From Octopus sinensis (taxonomy: Eukaryota), in assembly GCF_006345805.1 (NCBI RefSeq), contig NW_021827578.1:1-29952 (forward strand): a stretch of 29,952 bases of DNA, read 5' to 3'. Numbering within the stretch: the first letter of the stretch is position 1; each line of letters opens with the position of its first letter. The notes beneath the pieces were generated by a model, which was not told the DNA's origin, did not search any database, and saw nothing but the letters and a program-made list of their open reading frames with translations. Made by a program: the position numbers and the translations under genes. Positions 1-12,692 of this stretch are shown here, one piece after another.

Positions 1-171
1 ATGGGGTTGGTTGGTGAAAACGGAGAATATTGATGAAAGGGTGAAATGGAAAAACGAAAGATATAATAATGACACTCGGCCCCAAATCCGGGCGCCATAT
101 TTTCACTTTTCATTACTTTTTACAAAAGTCGGAAACGTTAATATTAAAGTCTAATTCTAAATTTTCAGTAC

Positions 172-400
172 TTATACGGTATTTCTTTTTTGTCCATTTT
201 GATTTCGAAGTATTTCACTTTCTTGTGTAATTCTCCATTTTCTTTTTTTATCTGTTGTATCGATTATCGCACATCCCAAATATGTGGGGATTTTGTTCCA
301 AGCATTTACCAATTTCGCACTTTCCAAACTCTTGATTTCGGTTAACAATTGTTTATTCATTAGTTCATAAAGAATCAATAATTTTGTTACTTTGTTTTCT
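172..400 (-). pseudogene. Possible C-terminal GIY-YIG (Penelope-like) endonuclease remnant
   Basis: CAIIDTTDKKRKWRITQESEILR…N loosely resembles the GIY-YIG C-terminal motif. Weak. Confidence 0.3.
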
Positions 401-576
401 GTTTTTTTTATTTTACGGGGAGGGGTTGGGAGATTTGGGACACCTGTGAGTGCATGCAAGTTTATTTTTCCTATCAGCCGGGGTAGAGGGAGTACCGGTA
501 GTTGCAGGGGAAGGGTGTGGCAAAATGGACTTGGGTGGGAGCTGGATGGGCGTGGGATTCGACTCATCACTACCAT

Positions 577-758
577 AGTTCTATATTTAAGAGATGAGAG
601 ATTATGTACATTATTTACATTATTTACATTTGACAGATATTTGTCCTCATCTTGTTTGTTGTTAACACAATGTTTCGGCTGATGTACCCACCAGCCTTCA
701 TCTGGTGTCTTGGGGAAATATCGAATCTGGGTTCTCATTCCTAAGGTATTTTCCGATC

Positions 759-791
<33 letters not shown>

Positions 792-974
792 TATTATTAT
801 TATTATTATTATTATTATCATTATTATTATTCTTATTATTATCATTATTATTATTATTATTCAGGTCACTGCCTGGAATCGAACTCGGAATCTTGGGGTT
901 AGTAGCCCGCGCTCTTAACCACTACGCCCACGAGCATATAGGGTAGTGGCTAAGAGCGCGGGCTACTAACCCCA
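577..974. mobile_element. Palindromic tRNA-head/(AAT)n/hammerhead-like element, right arm truncated
   Basis: Terminus AGTTCTATATTTAAGAGATGAG, tail, (ATT)n and minus-strand tRNA-like head. A central spacer leads into an oppositely oriented head. Confidence 0.7.
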
Positions 975-983
975 AAACCTCTA

Positions 984-997
<14 letters not shown>

Positions 998-1038
<41 letters not shown>

Positions 1039-1109
1039 GTGTGCGCGCAGGCTGTGTGTGTGTGTGTGTGTGTGCGCGCGCGCTGGTGTGTGTGTGTGTG
1101 CGCGCGCGC

Positions 1110-1141
<32 letters not shown>

Positions 1142-1167
1142 TGGTGTGTGTGTGTGTGTGTGTGTGT
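998..1167. repeat. (GT)n/(GC)n compound microsatellite
   Basis: Direct reading. Confidence 0.95.
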
Positions 1168-1624
1168 AATTATTCGTAGTCCCTAATTATTCAAAACTTA
1201 TATGAACATACGTCGAGCGCTTTGGCTAAAAGCCCTAAGACTAATTGTAACGTATCCTGTAGAGTATAAGAATGTTTTGTTACTGGGTAGGATCATGGAA
1301 AATACAGTATGCTTTAACTTCGCCAGGACCAATCACAAGAACTGCACATGTACACATTCAATATCTTAATATTTCCTATACTTGAACTATTACTCTGGCT
1401 AGCTGTTTTATTGTCATGAAATGACATGTTTAGAATGTACTTGTTGCGTTTCAGCACTACTCGTCCATTTTTCCGCAAGCATTTCTCTTGTGTACGATCG
1501 CGGTCAAAATTCTAGCACTTTTTGAAAAAGTAAGGATCTTATAAATATTATAATAGCTATAAGATACGAAAACGATGCTGCATCAGCGTATTTGGAGTTC
1601 ATATATATACATCTTAGTCATCAT

Positions 1625-2022
1625 AGGCGCAGGAGTGGCTGTGTGGTAAGTAGCTTGCTTACCAACCACATGGTTCCGGTTTCAGTCTCACTGCGTAGCA
1701 TCTTGGGCAAGTGTCTTCTACTATAGCCTCAGGCCGACCAAAGCCTTGCGAGTGGAATTGGTAGACGGAGACTGGAGAGAAACCGTCGGGTGTGTATATA
1801 TATATTATTATAATTATATATTATATTATTATATAATATATATATATATACCGGAGTAAACACATAAAATGTGAAACAAGGTGGAAAAAAGAGTACTCAA
1901 ATACCAGGGTTAGAGAGTAATATGCTTTATTTTAAGCAGAGAGAAAATTCACACAAATCTGTTACTCTGAGTTTCTCGTTGCCGTTCATCAGACAGTTTA
2001 TATATATATTATATTTATTATG

Positions 2023-2066
<44 letters not shown>

Positions 2067-2262
2067 CATATATATATATAATGTGTGTGTTACCCACCAC
2101 CACCATCGCTTGACAACCGATGCTGGTGTATCTAGGTCCTTGTAATTTAGCAGTCTGTAAAAGAGACCGATAGAATAAGTACTAGGCTTAAATAAGTCCT
2201 GGGTTTGATTTGTTAGACTAAAGGTGGTGCTTCAGCATGGCCGCAGTCAAATGACTGAAACA
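1625..2262 (+). mobile_element. Octopus-type tRNA-derived SINE (GGAGTGGCTGTGTGGTAAG family) with internal (TA)n
   Basis: A/B-box head, CTTGGGCAAGTGTCTT core and tail …CAGCATGGCCGCAGTCAAATGACTGAAAC. Repeated at least five times in the window. Confidence 0.75.
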
Positions 2263-2499
2263 AATTTTTAAAAACTGAATACGAATGCACAAAAGGTTTC
2301 TCCTCCTCCCAATTGTTTTTTTTTTTTTTCGCTAAATTAGAATTCTGACATTAAGCTGAATCTGATGGTAAGGCTCCGGTTTGAGATTTCTGGAATCATG
2401 GGGAGCGTCAAGTCACCCCTTACTTACCATACTCTCAGGTCTATTCTGATCCAGAACGGTTGTACCTGTTAGGGTCCCATTTATGGATCAAATAGATTA

Positions 2500-2900
2500 T
2501 TCTTTTCTATTCTAGGTACAAGGGCCAAAAATTTGGGGAAGGGTGCCAGTCGATTAGGTCGACCTCAGTACGCAACTGGTACTTAAGTTATTGACCCCGA
2601 GAGGATGAAAGGCAAAGTCGACCTCGGCGGAATTTGAACTCAGAACGTAAAAACCGACGAAATACCTATTTTTTTACTACCCACAAGGGGCTACACACAG
2701 AGGGGACAAACAAGGACAGGCAAACGGATTAAGTCTATTATATCGACCCCAGTGCGTAATTGGTACTTATTCAATCGACCCCGAAAGGATGAACGGCAAA
2801 GTTGACCTCGGCGGAATTTGAACTCAGAACGTAACGGCAGACGAAATACGGCTACGCATTTCGCCCGGCGTGCAAACGTTTCTGCCAGCTCGCCGCCTTA
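2500..2900 (-). mobile_element. Second SINE family (GGCGGCGAGCTGGCAG head) with tandemly repeated ~190-bp body
   Basis: TCGACCCCGAAAGGATGAAAGGCAAAGTCGACCTCGGCGGAATTTGAACTCAGAAC occurs twice. Confidence 0.72.
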
Positions 2901-2974
2901 CGCCTACAGTATATTGTAAAATATAGAAACGATCATATGGAACTGTAATAATTATTATTTATATGAACCTCTAG

Positions 2975-3570
<596 letters not shown>

Positions 3571-3855
3571 TATTTAATTGTGTCTGGGGAGAGTCATTCT
3601 CTTTTAGTGCCTTATTGAACTCACTCACCGATGCGATTTCCTATCATTTACTTATCTATTTTTTCTAAAATTTTCATTGCGTCTTGCAAACCTTTTCAAT
3701 AGTCATTAACTCTGTCCGTTTTCAGAGCTGCGTTTTTCTTTGTTTGTGCGCATGTGTGCGCATCAGTATGCATATGCATATACATATGTATGCATGTGTG
3801 TGTGTGTGTACGTTTGTATGCATGTATTCTGCATATTCATGTTTGTATTTGTTTG

Positions 3856-3897
<42 letters not shown>

Positions 3898-3902
3898 TAC
3901 AT

Positions 3903-4200
3903 AGGCGTAGGAGTGGTTGTGTGGTAAGTAGCTTGCTTACAAGCCACACGGTTCCGGGTTCAGTCCCACTGTGTCTTCTACTATAGCCTCGTGTCGACCA
4001 AAGCATTGTGAGTGGATTTGGTAGACGGAAACTGAAAGAAGCCCGTCGTATACGTTTGAGTGTCTGTGCATACGTTTGTGTGTCTGTGTTTGTCCTCCCA
4101 ACATTGCTTGACAACCGATGCTGGTGTGTTTACATCCTCGTAATTTAGTGGTTCGGCAAAATTGACCGATAGAATAAGTACTAGGCTTACAAGAATAAGT
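3903..4200 (+). mobile_element. Same SINE family
   Basis: Head and tail match 1625-2262. Confidence 0.75.
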
Positions 4201-4230
4201 CCGTCTGTCACGCTCTCTCCCTCTCTCTTT

Positions 4231-4265
<35 letters not shown>

Positions 4266-4572
4266 TACTGTCTGCTGCTCTAACGTGACCCACGGCCAGC
4301 TTTCTCCCTTTCTCGCACTGGTCCCGTAGCTAACCAGTCACAAATTCTTTGTCTCTCCCTTCTCTATCCTTTACGATATCTTCTAAGCCTTACCCTCTAT
4401 TCTTGTCTTCTTGGCTCTAATGCCGTATTTTGCTCCTCTGTTTGTCCTTGTTCACCGTACTAAATCACACTGTGTCATTTTGCTTTGTATTGTTTGATCT
4501 CGGCCCTGAATTCTCCGCTTGCGGGCACCGCCAATATGAGGTGGCCGTGGTGATTGGATAGTGGAATATGTA

Positions 4573-4986
4573 TCTTTTTTAATTCAACTAATTTTTTTAT
4601 ATCACATATCATTTAACGCATGCGCATAAGCGCAATTCCGTGAAATATTCACGCTTATTTACGTAGCGGATATATGCAATTTAACTAAAAGTTGTATATG
4701 GACGGGATAATTTTTTTTATGGGAAAATAAGAGTGAATATTTATTTTATGAGTGCTGTGTAGTAAGTCTATAAAATTGTGCATCAAATATATAAAGTGTA
4801 TATATAAAATGCAATAAGTAATCATCGTATTCCGATTTCTTTCACTTTTCAGTGAATAGCAGATGAGCGACTATCTTCCATACAGACACAACACAGGCTA
4901 CGCTTTAAGGTTTTTTGGATAAAATTTTTAGAAACAACCCAGTAGATTTACCATTAATTCCGTGAAATATTCACGGTTCCCGCTAG
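4573..4986 (+). mobile_element. Helitron-like element (3' end clear, 5' end approximate)
   Basis: Hairpin CCGTGAAATATTCACGG (4960-4976), then CTAG|T (4983-4987). Internal copy of the hairpin at about 4635-4654. Confidence 0.5.
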
Positions 4987-5009
4987 TTATCATTTGATAA
5001 AAAAAAATA

Positions 5010-5185
5010 TCTCTCAGATTATTTTGCTGGGTCAGATGAAAAGTGTCAGCTGTCCACGGCTGGCAGACTAAGGTGGCACTTGTTTATTGGTCATGCTTCA
5101 AGAACCTTGCAAAGAATTCTTGCAGTTCCAAGCAGTGCTAATTTTTGTAGATGCTCTGTTTTTATTTCGCTTAAGTTTAGCAATA
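5010..5185 (-). mobile_element. Extreme 3' end of an RLE-type LINE
   Basis: EHLQKLALLGTARILCKVL* is the typical R4/Dong-like C-terminus. Confidence 0.6.
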
Positions 5186-6019
5186 CTAAATACCTGCTCT
5201 TAGCACTCAATATACGAAAGCTTCGGTATAAAGAGTTAACTGAGTACAGATCATAATATGAATTAATTAAACGACAACGATCAGATGTTACGTTATCAAC
5301 TTCATCGACTTTAAAAGCTCCGAGGAAGTAATGAGATGATGCACTACCACTCATCTCAGAGCGTACCAATTTTTGTGGCAGTATTAGCTGTAAGCTAATG
5401 AAGTCGATTGCGTAACTTCTGTTCCCTGGTTACTCAACTGATAAATATCATATCATACATTATATCATATCAAAAGTTATATCATATCGAAACCTCTTCT
5501 CGAGGTTTTGTGAGCGGAATTCAGTTTACTGTAAGATTCACTCTTGTCTCATCACCAGAGTTGTGAACAACCAGGATATCTTGGCACTGGACAGCCAAGG
5601 TACCTTGGCCATGTGTCTTCTAGTATAACTTTGACTTCGCCAATATCTTACGAGTGGAATTTGGTTGACTGAAACCGCTGTGTGAAAGTACGTATATCTG
5701 TGTGAATGTGTGTTTGTGTGCGTTTGTGTGTGTGTGCTTGTATTGCAACTGTGTTATGCCAGAGGACCGAACTCAAGTTCCTTTAATATTTGAAAAGGAT
5801 AGTCAACAAGCTATACATTCCAGCTACAATTTTAGCGAGACTCTATACAGGATTTTTTTTTAATTGAACAAATTCAAAAAGATTCTGGAATTCTAGTTTG
5901 CAACTTAAACGTAAACCAACTTTCTTACCTCTCTCAGAGACACAAATTTTCATTTCCTACATGTTAGCCAAGATGCACTCTACTCAAATTTCATCCCGCA
6001 AAAATTAATGTCTTCACAT

Positions 6020-6420
6020 AGGCACAGGTGTGGCTGTGTGGTAAGAAGCTTACTTCCCAACCGCATGGTTCCAGTTTCAGTCCCCCTGCGAGACACCTTG
6101 CGCAAGTATCTGGTACTAAATCCGCTTCGGGCCGACCAAGGCCTTTTGTGAATGGAATTGGTAGACGGAAACTGAAAGAAGCCCGTCGTATATATAAATA
6201 TGTCTGTGTATCTTAGTGTCTCTGTTTGTCTCCTATCGCTTAGCAACCGGTGCAAGTGTGTTTACGTACTCGTAAATTAGCGGTTCGACAAAAGATACCG
6301 ATACAATAAGAACCACGCTTAAAAAGCAAGTACTAGGGTTGATTCATTCGACTAAAAGAAAATCTCCAAGGTGGTGATCCAGTATGGCCGCAATCTAATG
6401 ACTGAAACACGTAAAAGATA
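6020..6420 (+). mobile_element. Same SINE family, diverged
   Basis: Head and tail match. Confidence 0.72.
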
Positions 6421-6979
6421 TAAAAGTTACATAGACTCCATTCTCCGTCTCTTATCTCTATAACCTGGATTTCAGCAATATCAACTTCAACAAATATTGT
6501 ATATTCTATCTCAAAACCTTCTTTCCTTTTTCACCTTAGTATAACTGATCCTTCTATCGCCCTCCGAAACCCTCGAACCAACAGCAAATTTTTGGCCATT
6601 GAGAACATATATTTCACGTCTCTCTCCTCTGCGAAATCAACTCTTTGCAACGTCTTGTTTCGTCCCTATATATGTATATATTTTCATATTATATTTTGAG
6701 GTAAAAGTTATTCAGTAAATTGAACCAACGAGAACATATAGACTGAGACAGACAGACAGAATCCCTAGATTTCATGGTAACATATTTAGAAGAACATGGT
6801 TATGTCATGTTGACTTCACTGCTTTAGTAATTGCATAAGTATATGTGTGTGTGTGTGTGTGTGCGTGCGTGCGTGTGTATGTATGTATGTGTGTAAGCGT
6901 ATATATGTGTGTGTGTGTGTATGCATGTGTATGTATATATATATATATGTGTGTGTGTGTGGTGTGTGTGTGTGTGTGT

Positions 6980-7290
6980 GTGGAGGTGTAATGGCTCAGT
7001 GGTTAGGGCAGCGGACTCGCGGTCGGAGGATCGCGGTTTCGATTCCCAGACCGGGCGTTGTGTGTGTTTATTGAGCGAAAACACCTAAAAGCTCCACGAA
7101 GCTCCGGCAGGGGTTTGTGGCGACCCCTGTTGTACTCTTTCGCTCCAACTTTCTCTCACTCTTTCTTCTTGTTTCTTGAGTAACGCTGCGATGGACTGGC
7201 GTCGCGTCCAGCCGGGGGAACACATATGTCACAGAAACCGGGAAAACGAGCCCATGAGCTTGGGTACGCTTGAAAAGGGCGCATAAATGA
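6980..7290 (+). mobile_element. Third SINE family (TGGCTCAGTGGTTAGGGCAGCGG head)
   Basis: A and B boxes. Homologous to 28865-29170 and to the head of 25965-26346. Confidence 0.75.
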
Positions 7291-7841
7291 AAAATTATAT
7301 ATATATATATATAATCTACATACATAAATACGTGTATCAGGTTGAGTAAAAAGTGAGCAACGTTTTGAACCAATGAAAAATTTGTACCGGTTTTTTGTAG
7401 AGTTTAAAGTTTTAAAGCTTTTTTTTTCAAATGTTTGATAATATATACAGACATAGACTTGCGTAAATACATCAATAAATTAACTTTGATATTTTTTCAC
7501 CATTGTTACAACGATCTGAAATAAATCGCTTTGTTTGGACGTCTTTTTGGCAAATATTGTGACTTTTGTTGAAATTGGAAGTATTACCATTTTGTTGAAC
7601 TTTTATTGTGTTTGTTTCGAAACACCTTATTTTACTGCCTATTGACAGATTCGTTAACGGTTTTCCCATTGGGGGAAAATTTCCCCATTTTTGAATATTT
7701 TTTTTCCCTCATGTTCATCAGAAGTGTCTTCGTTGGACGAAGATTTGAAGCAACAAGTTCAGGAGTTGAACAGAAAACTGTTGAAAGATACAAAAGAAAT
7801 GAAAATTACAGGTGGAAAATAAAAAGTAAACAACTTTGCGA

Positions 7842-8159
7842 CTCATCTTGTTTGTTGTTAACACAACGTTTCGGCTGATATACCTTCCAGCCTTCATCGG
7901 TGTCTTGGGGAAATTTCGAACCTGGGTTCTCATTCCTAAAGTATTTTTCGAGATTATTATTATTGTTGTTGATGTTGTTGTTGTTGTTATTATTGTTGTT
8001 CAGGTTCCTGCTTGGAATCAAACTCGGAATTTTGGGGTCAGTAGCCCACGCTCTTAACCACTACGCTATATGCCCGTGGGGTAATGATGAAAAGCGCGGG
8101 CTACTAACCCCAAGATTCCGAGTTCGATTCCAGGCAGGGACCTGAACAACAACAGCCAA

Positions 8160-8224
<65 letters not shown>

Positions 8225-8391
8225 CTCGAAAAATTACTGAGGAATGAGAACCCAGATTCGATATTTCCCTAAGACACGAAGGCTGAAGAGTATATCAACC
8301 GAAACGTTGTGTTAACAACAAACAAGATGAGGACAAATATCCGTCAAATGTAAATAATGTACATAATTCCTCATCTCTTAAATATAGAACT
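7842..8391. mobile_element. Palindromic tRNA-head/(AAT)n/hammerhead-like element, both arms
   Basis: Left arm 7842-8066 is the reverse complement of most of the right arm 8079-8391. Spacer TATATGCCCGTG. Confidence 0.75.
7860..7904 (-). ncRNA. Degenerate minimal type-I hammerhead ribozyme motif (also 664-709 minus, 8273-8313 plus)
   Basis: GACAC-C(T)GATGA-A-GGCTG-loop-CAGCC-GAAAC-GTT-GTGTT. Stem I, stem II and a palindromic stem III as in Penelope-type minimal hammerheads. No copy here has a perfect CTGATGA. Confidence 0.55.
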
Positions 8392-9780
8392 GAACTTTGC
8401 GGCTATTGCCGGCGTCAACAGGGAAGACATGAAACTTGAAAACGAAGAAGTGAGCAAGTTTAAAGGAATGCTTCAGCGAGAGGGGTATGAGATCAAACTT
8501 ACCCTTCCCAACGAAGCGAGCATTATACCGCTCGGAAGACCATTATTTTTAAGGTAATATCAATTAAGGGGGAAAAGCTGGAAATGCCGGCGGGAAATAA
8601 CATCATTAGGTGAGACAAGTTGACACTGAATCAGCTTCGCTGACTGACAGGTGACGGTCGTTTAGAAAATGCGCGGGCTAAAACTACGCGCCTTCACTAG
8701 TCAATTAAGGTGAGACAGTGTCACTTGACAACTTGCTGGGGCTGCCTGCTGGAGCCTAGAGGCAGGTATTTAAAGGGAAAATTTTGACAAGTCAGTCAGT
8801 CACCGGCTGACACTCGCTGACGATACATCGAAGAGGCCAGGGAACAGAAGAAAGCAGAAAGAAGACATGCACCCAACACCAGAGCTGAAGACACCGCCGA
8901 AAGGCGGGGCCGCGCCACGTCAAAACGGTAGAGGAGTAGGGGCCGAAACCGGACGTGGTTCCTCCTGATGATGTCTTGAGCTAACTGGATCCTATAAAGG
9001 AGCTGTTGTGGTAGCAGACCACGAAACACAGTTGTAATTCTAACGTACAGGTGGGAAAATACCTACAATCAGCTTGGCAAAATGTTGTATATCTTGCCAG
9101 AGGGAATCGATTCACAACAATAAAGGTGTAGTTCGCAAATGAAGATAAGCCCAGGCAACACTCTGAGTGTTGCCTGGGCTTATCTTCACTTGCGCTATTG
9201 TGCAGTGCCCGAGGATATCGGAGATGTGGGTTTATGCTGAACACCTGCTGTCATGTTTAGGGAGGGCACAGCTGTCTTCCGGGTCTATAATAAAGATTGT
9301 TCCACCTCCCTCCCTCTCAAGGGAAAGGCAAGTTTATTTCATTGCGGTAGTAGCAACTGCGAACGAGGTGGTATGGAAATCGCGTTTGAGAGGAGCAGGG
9401 ACAGGCGACCCCATCTTCAGCCGCGGCTTGGTAAACTACTTCGTTTGCCAACTCAGAAGGAAAATAAGGATGGAGAGGAGCTGCCTACCTCTGAGTGTGT
9501 TCAAGAAAAGATGGAAAAAATGTAACGTACATGTTGTGAGTAAATGTGACCCCTTAAGGGAAGTCAAAAGGTCGAGAAAAGGTTCAATGGTGGTACGCGG
9601 TTTGTGGGGTCGCACCCCGTCCCCCATTTCATTTTTCATAATCAATTTTCATTCGTTTATATATTTATTTATTATTAAATTTTTGATCAAATGTTATCAT
9701 TCGGAATAAATCACCCCCTCATCCCTTGTCTGTCCCCTCTTTGTATATTCCCCTGTAGATTATTAAAGAATAAATCATCT
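8392..9780. other. Unclassified GC-richer insert within the mariner, possibly LTR-like
   Basis: Composition shift; TATTTAAAGGG followed by CAGTCAGTCAGTC; AATAAA near the end; internal 61-bp palindrome. No recognisable coding domain. Confidence 0.3.
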
Positions 9781-9783
9781 GAA

Positions 9784-10766
9784 ATGGAACTGTCACAGCA
9801 CGATATTCGTGTAACTTTGCTATTCAATTTAAAAATAAGGACGTAAAGCAACTGGAACTGGTCGCGATATCAACGAAATGTTTGGTGAGGAAATGACCAG
9901 TGAGTGGTCAGCTCGAAAATGGTTTAAACGATTTCGCAGTGGAGACCCGAGCCTAGAAGATCGTGAGCGTAGTGGAAGCCCATCTGTCATTGATGACGGT
10001 CAATTAAAGACCGTCATTAAGAAAGATCCACGTAAAACCACTCGAGAAATGACAAGTTAGCCAGAAAACTACCAGCAACCATTTGCATGCGATCGGAAAA
10101 TCAAAAGAGCTCGCCAAATGGGTACCACACGATTTGAATAGAAATCAGAAAACGCGCAGATATGGAATTTGCTCGTCGCTTCTTCTCCGTAACCAGACCG
10201 ATCCATTTCTCGACCGTATTTAACTTGCGATAAAAATCATTCTTCGCAGTGGCTGGACCAAAATGAAAGACCGAAGGCTTTCCCTAAACCCGAGCTCTTC
10301 AAACAGAAGGCTATGGTGATTGTTTGGGGGTGTACTGCTGGACTCATCCACTATAACTTCTTAAAACCCGGGAAAACCATTACTGCAGAAACATATTGCC
10401 ATGGAATTGCCAAAAAGAACGAATAACTGCTACTCCTCTGTCCCAGACTGGTCAACAGAAGAGGGCCAATCATTCTTCATGATAATGCTCGACCGCACGT
10501 TTCACTAATGATGCTCCTGAAGTTGATGGAACTTGGTCCTGAAGTTCTTCCCCACCCAGCTTATTCCCCAGACTTTTCTCCTACCGACTACCACTTTTTC
10601 AAGTACCTCGATGGTTTCCCTCGAGAGAAGGGGTTAAAAAATCAAACCGATACTGACAAAGAGTTCATCAGTTCCAGAACTCCAGATTTTTACGTTACCG
10701 GAATATACAAACTTGTAACTCGTTGGCAAAAATGTGTCGATTGTAATGGTAATTACTTTGATGAAA
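9784..10766 (+). pseudogene. Degraded mariner transposase
   Basis: WFKRFRSGDPSLEDRERSG (HTH region), HDNARPH, HPAYSPDFSPTDYHFF and [14 protein letters not shown]. Multiple stops and frameshifts. Confidence 0.92.
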
Positions 10767-10844
10767 AAAATTCCCGCATTCTTGAAATATATTGTGATGA
10801 ATTTCATGTTTCAAAACGTTGCTAAATTGTTACTCAACCTGGTG

Positions 10845-11225
10845 TTTGTGTGTATGTCTGTCTATCTGTGTGTCTGTCTGTATGTGTGTCTCTCTCTGTC
10901 TATGTCTGTCTGTCTGTCTGTCTCTATCTATGTATGTTTGTGTGTGTGTCTGTCTGTGTGTCTGTGTCTGTCTGTGTTTGTGTCTGTCTGTGTGTTTGTG
11001 TGTGTGTGTGGTGTGTCTGTCTCTGTGTGTGTATGTGTGTATCTGTCTGTCTGTCTGTGTCTGTCTGTCTGTCTGTCTGTCTGGGTCTGTCTGTCTGTGT
11101 GTGTCTATCTGACTGTCTGTGTCTGTCTGTCTGTCTGTCTGTCAGTGTGTCTGTCTGTCTGTGTCTGTGTGTGTCTGTATCTGTGTGTATATACGCGCTC
11201 GCACTCACACACGCACAAACACACA
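10845..11225. repeat. (TGTC/TG)n simple repeat
   Basis: Direct reading. Confidence 0.95.
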
Positions 11226-11627
11226 TAGGTGCATGCACACAAGTGCAATGCAGAAAAAGCGTGATCTCCAGTTCCGATGTAGATTTTTTTTTAAGTTCAT
11301 TCATTTTCTCACACAGTAACCTTGTTTCAAACGTAACACATTACTGCAAAATAATCTCACTTGTTTCTTATCAAATATTTATGAAATGATTATGTTTTAA
11401 AAAGAAGCAATAATGCAACCGCTAAACATTAAAATAATGCTATAAGAAGATTTGTTTTTAAAAGAATAATTTAATAAAATAAGCATCGAGGCATATGGAA
11501 AAATGCGTTATATGATGGAACTCGAAGTAGCAAAAGCTATAATAAAATTCATACAGAACATTAAATTCATACAGAACATTGAACAGAGAAGAGCCGGAAG
11601 CTTCTTTAGGATTCTAAGATGTTTAGG

Positions 11628-12030
11628 TGGGCGAGCAGGCAGAATTGCGTAACACCAGGCGAAATACTTAGCGGTATTTCGTCTGCCGTTACATTCTGAG
11701 TTCAAATTCCGCCGAGGTCGAAATTGCCTTTCATCCTTTCGAGGTCGATAAATTAAGTACCAGTTACGCACTGGGGTCGATGTAATCGACTTAATCCGTT
11801 TGTCTGTCCTTGTTTGCCCCCTCTGTGTTTAGCCCCTTGTGGGTAGTAAAGAAATAGGTATTTCGTCTGCCGATACGTTCTGAGTTCAAATTCCACCAAG
11901 GTCGACTTTGCCTTTCATCCTTTCGGGGTCGATAAATTAAGTACCAGTTATGTACTGCTGTCGATATAATCGACTTAATCCGCTTGTCTGTCCTTGTTTG
12001 TCCCTTCTATGTTTAGCCCCTTGTGGGCAA
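11628..12030 (+). mobile_element. Second SINE family, tandem body
   Basis: Reverse complement of the 2500-2900 type. Confidence 0.72.
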
Positions 12031-12194
12031 TAAAGAAACAAGTTGTTTAGGTGTGAGTTAAGCCGTAGTATTAATATGCGCAAAAAACATATGTTCTTTG
12101 TTTCACATTTGATACAAATGACAGGCAAAAATTTAAATAAAGCTGAACAAGTTAACAATTCAACCAACAGTTTGCACCACATAGTTATCAAATA

Positions 12195-12405
12195 TTGCTT
12201 TCAAATTTTGGCACAAGGACAACAATTTTTAGCGTGGGGCAAGTCGATTACATCGACCCCAGTATGCAACTGATACTTATTCTATCGACCTCGAAAGAAT
12301 GAAAGGCAAAGTCGACCTCGGCGAAATTTGAACTCGGAACGTAAAGACGGACGAAATGCCGCTAAACACTTTGCCCGGCGTGCTAACGATTCTGCCAGCT
12401 CGCCG
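12195..12405 (-). mobile_element. Second SINE family, monomer
   Basis: Same body and head in the opposite orientation to 11628-12030. Confidence 0.72.
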
Positions 12406-12692
12406 ATTAAAGTTATATTCTCTTGCACAAACAATAACGATAACGAACAGAAAGTAGTACTGTTCACATCTGAACTGCATCTAGGTCTTACATGGCGAGA
12501 GAGTTACAAAAATCATTTGAAAACTTGATCATTATCGAAACCAGGAAAAGATTAATAGACGTTATATGTTATTCACTATATTGTATGGGGCTGAAATACG
12601 GAGAAGGTTAACAAAAGAACATTGTCAAATAAGCTAAGGTCTTTCGAAATCTGGGCTTACAGAAGATATTTGAAAACATCAATGATAGAAGG

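Larger units (their letters stand above)
7337..10842 (+). mobile_element. Mariner (DD34D) transposon fossil expanded by ~2.3 kb of nested inserts
   Basis: ~33-bp imperfect TIRs TCAGGTTGAGTAAAAAGTGAGCAACGTTTTGAA (7337) and TTCAAAACGTTGCTAAATTGTTACTCAACCTGG (to 10842). TA before the left end. Confidence 0.75.

Noticed and set aside
172-738. 188-aa ORF as a single gene
   Set aside because: It reads across the boundary of the palindromic repeat at about 577 into unrelated DNA, so it is a chance fusion.
8880-8975. Hammerhead-like words CTGAAGA, GAAAC and CTGATGA
   Set aside because: They cannot be arranged into a three-stem core; stem I or the GAAA after stem II is missing.
9167-9709. 180-aa ORF
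   Set aside because: No recognisable domain, non-ATG start, and it crosses the palindrome and low-complexity DNA.
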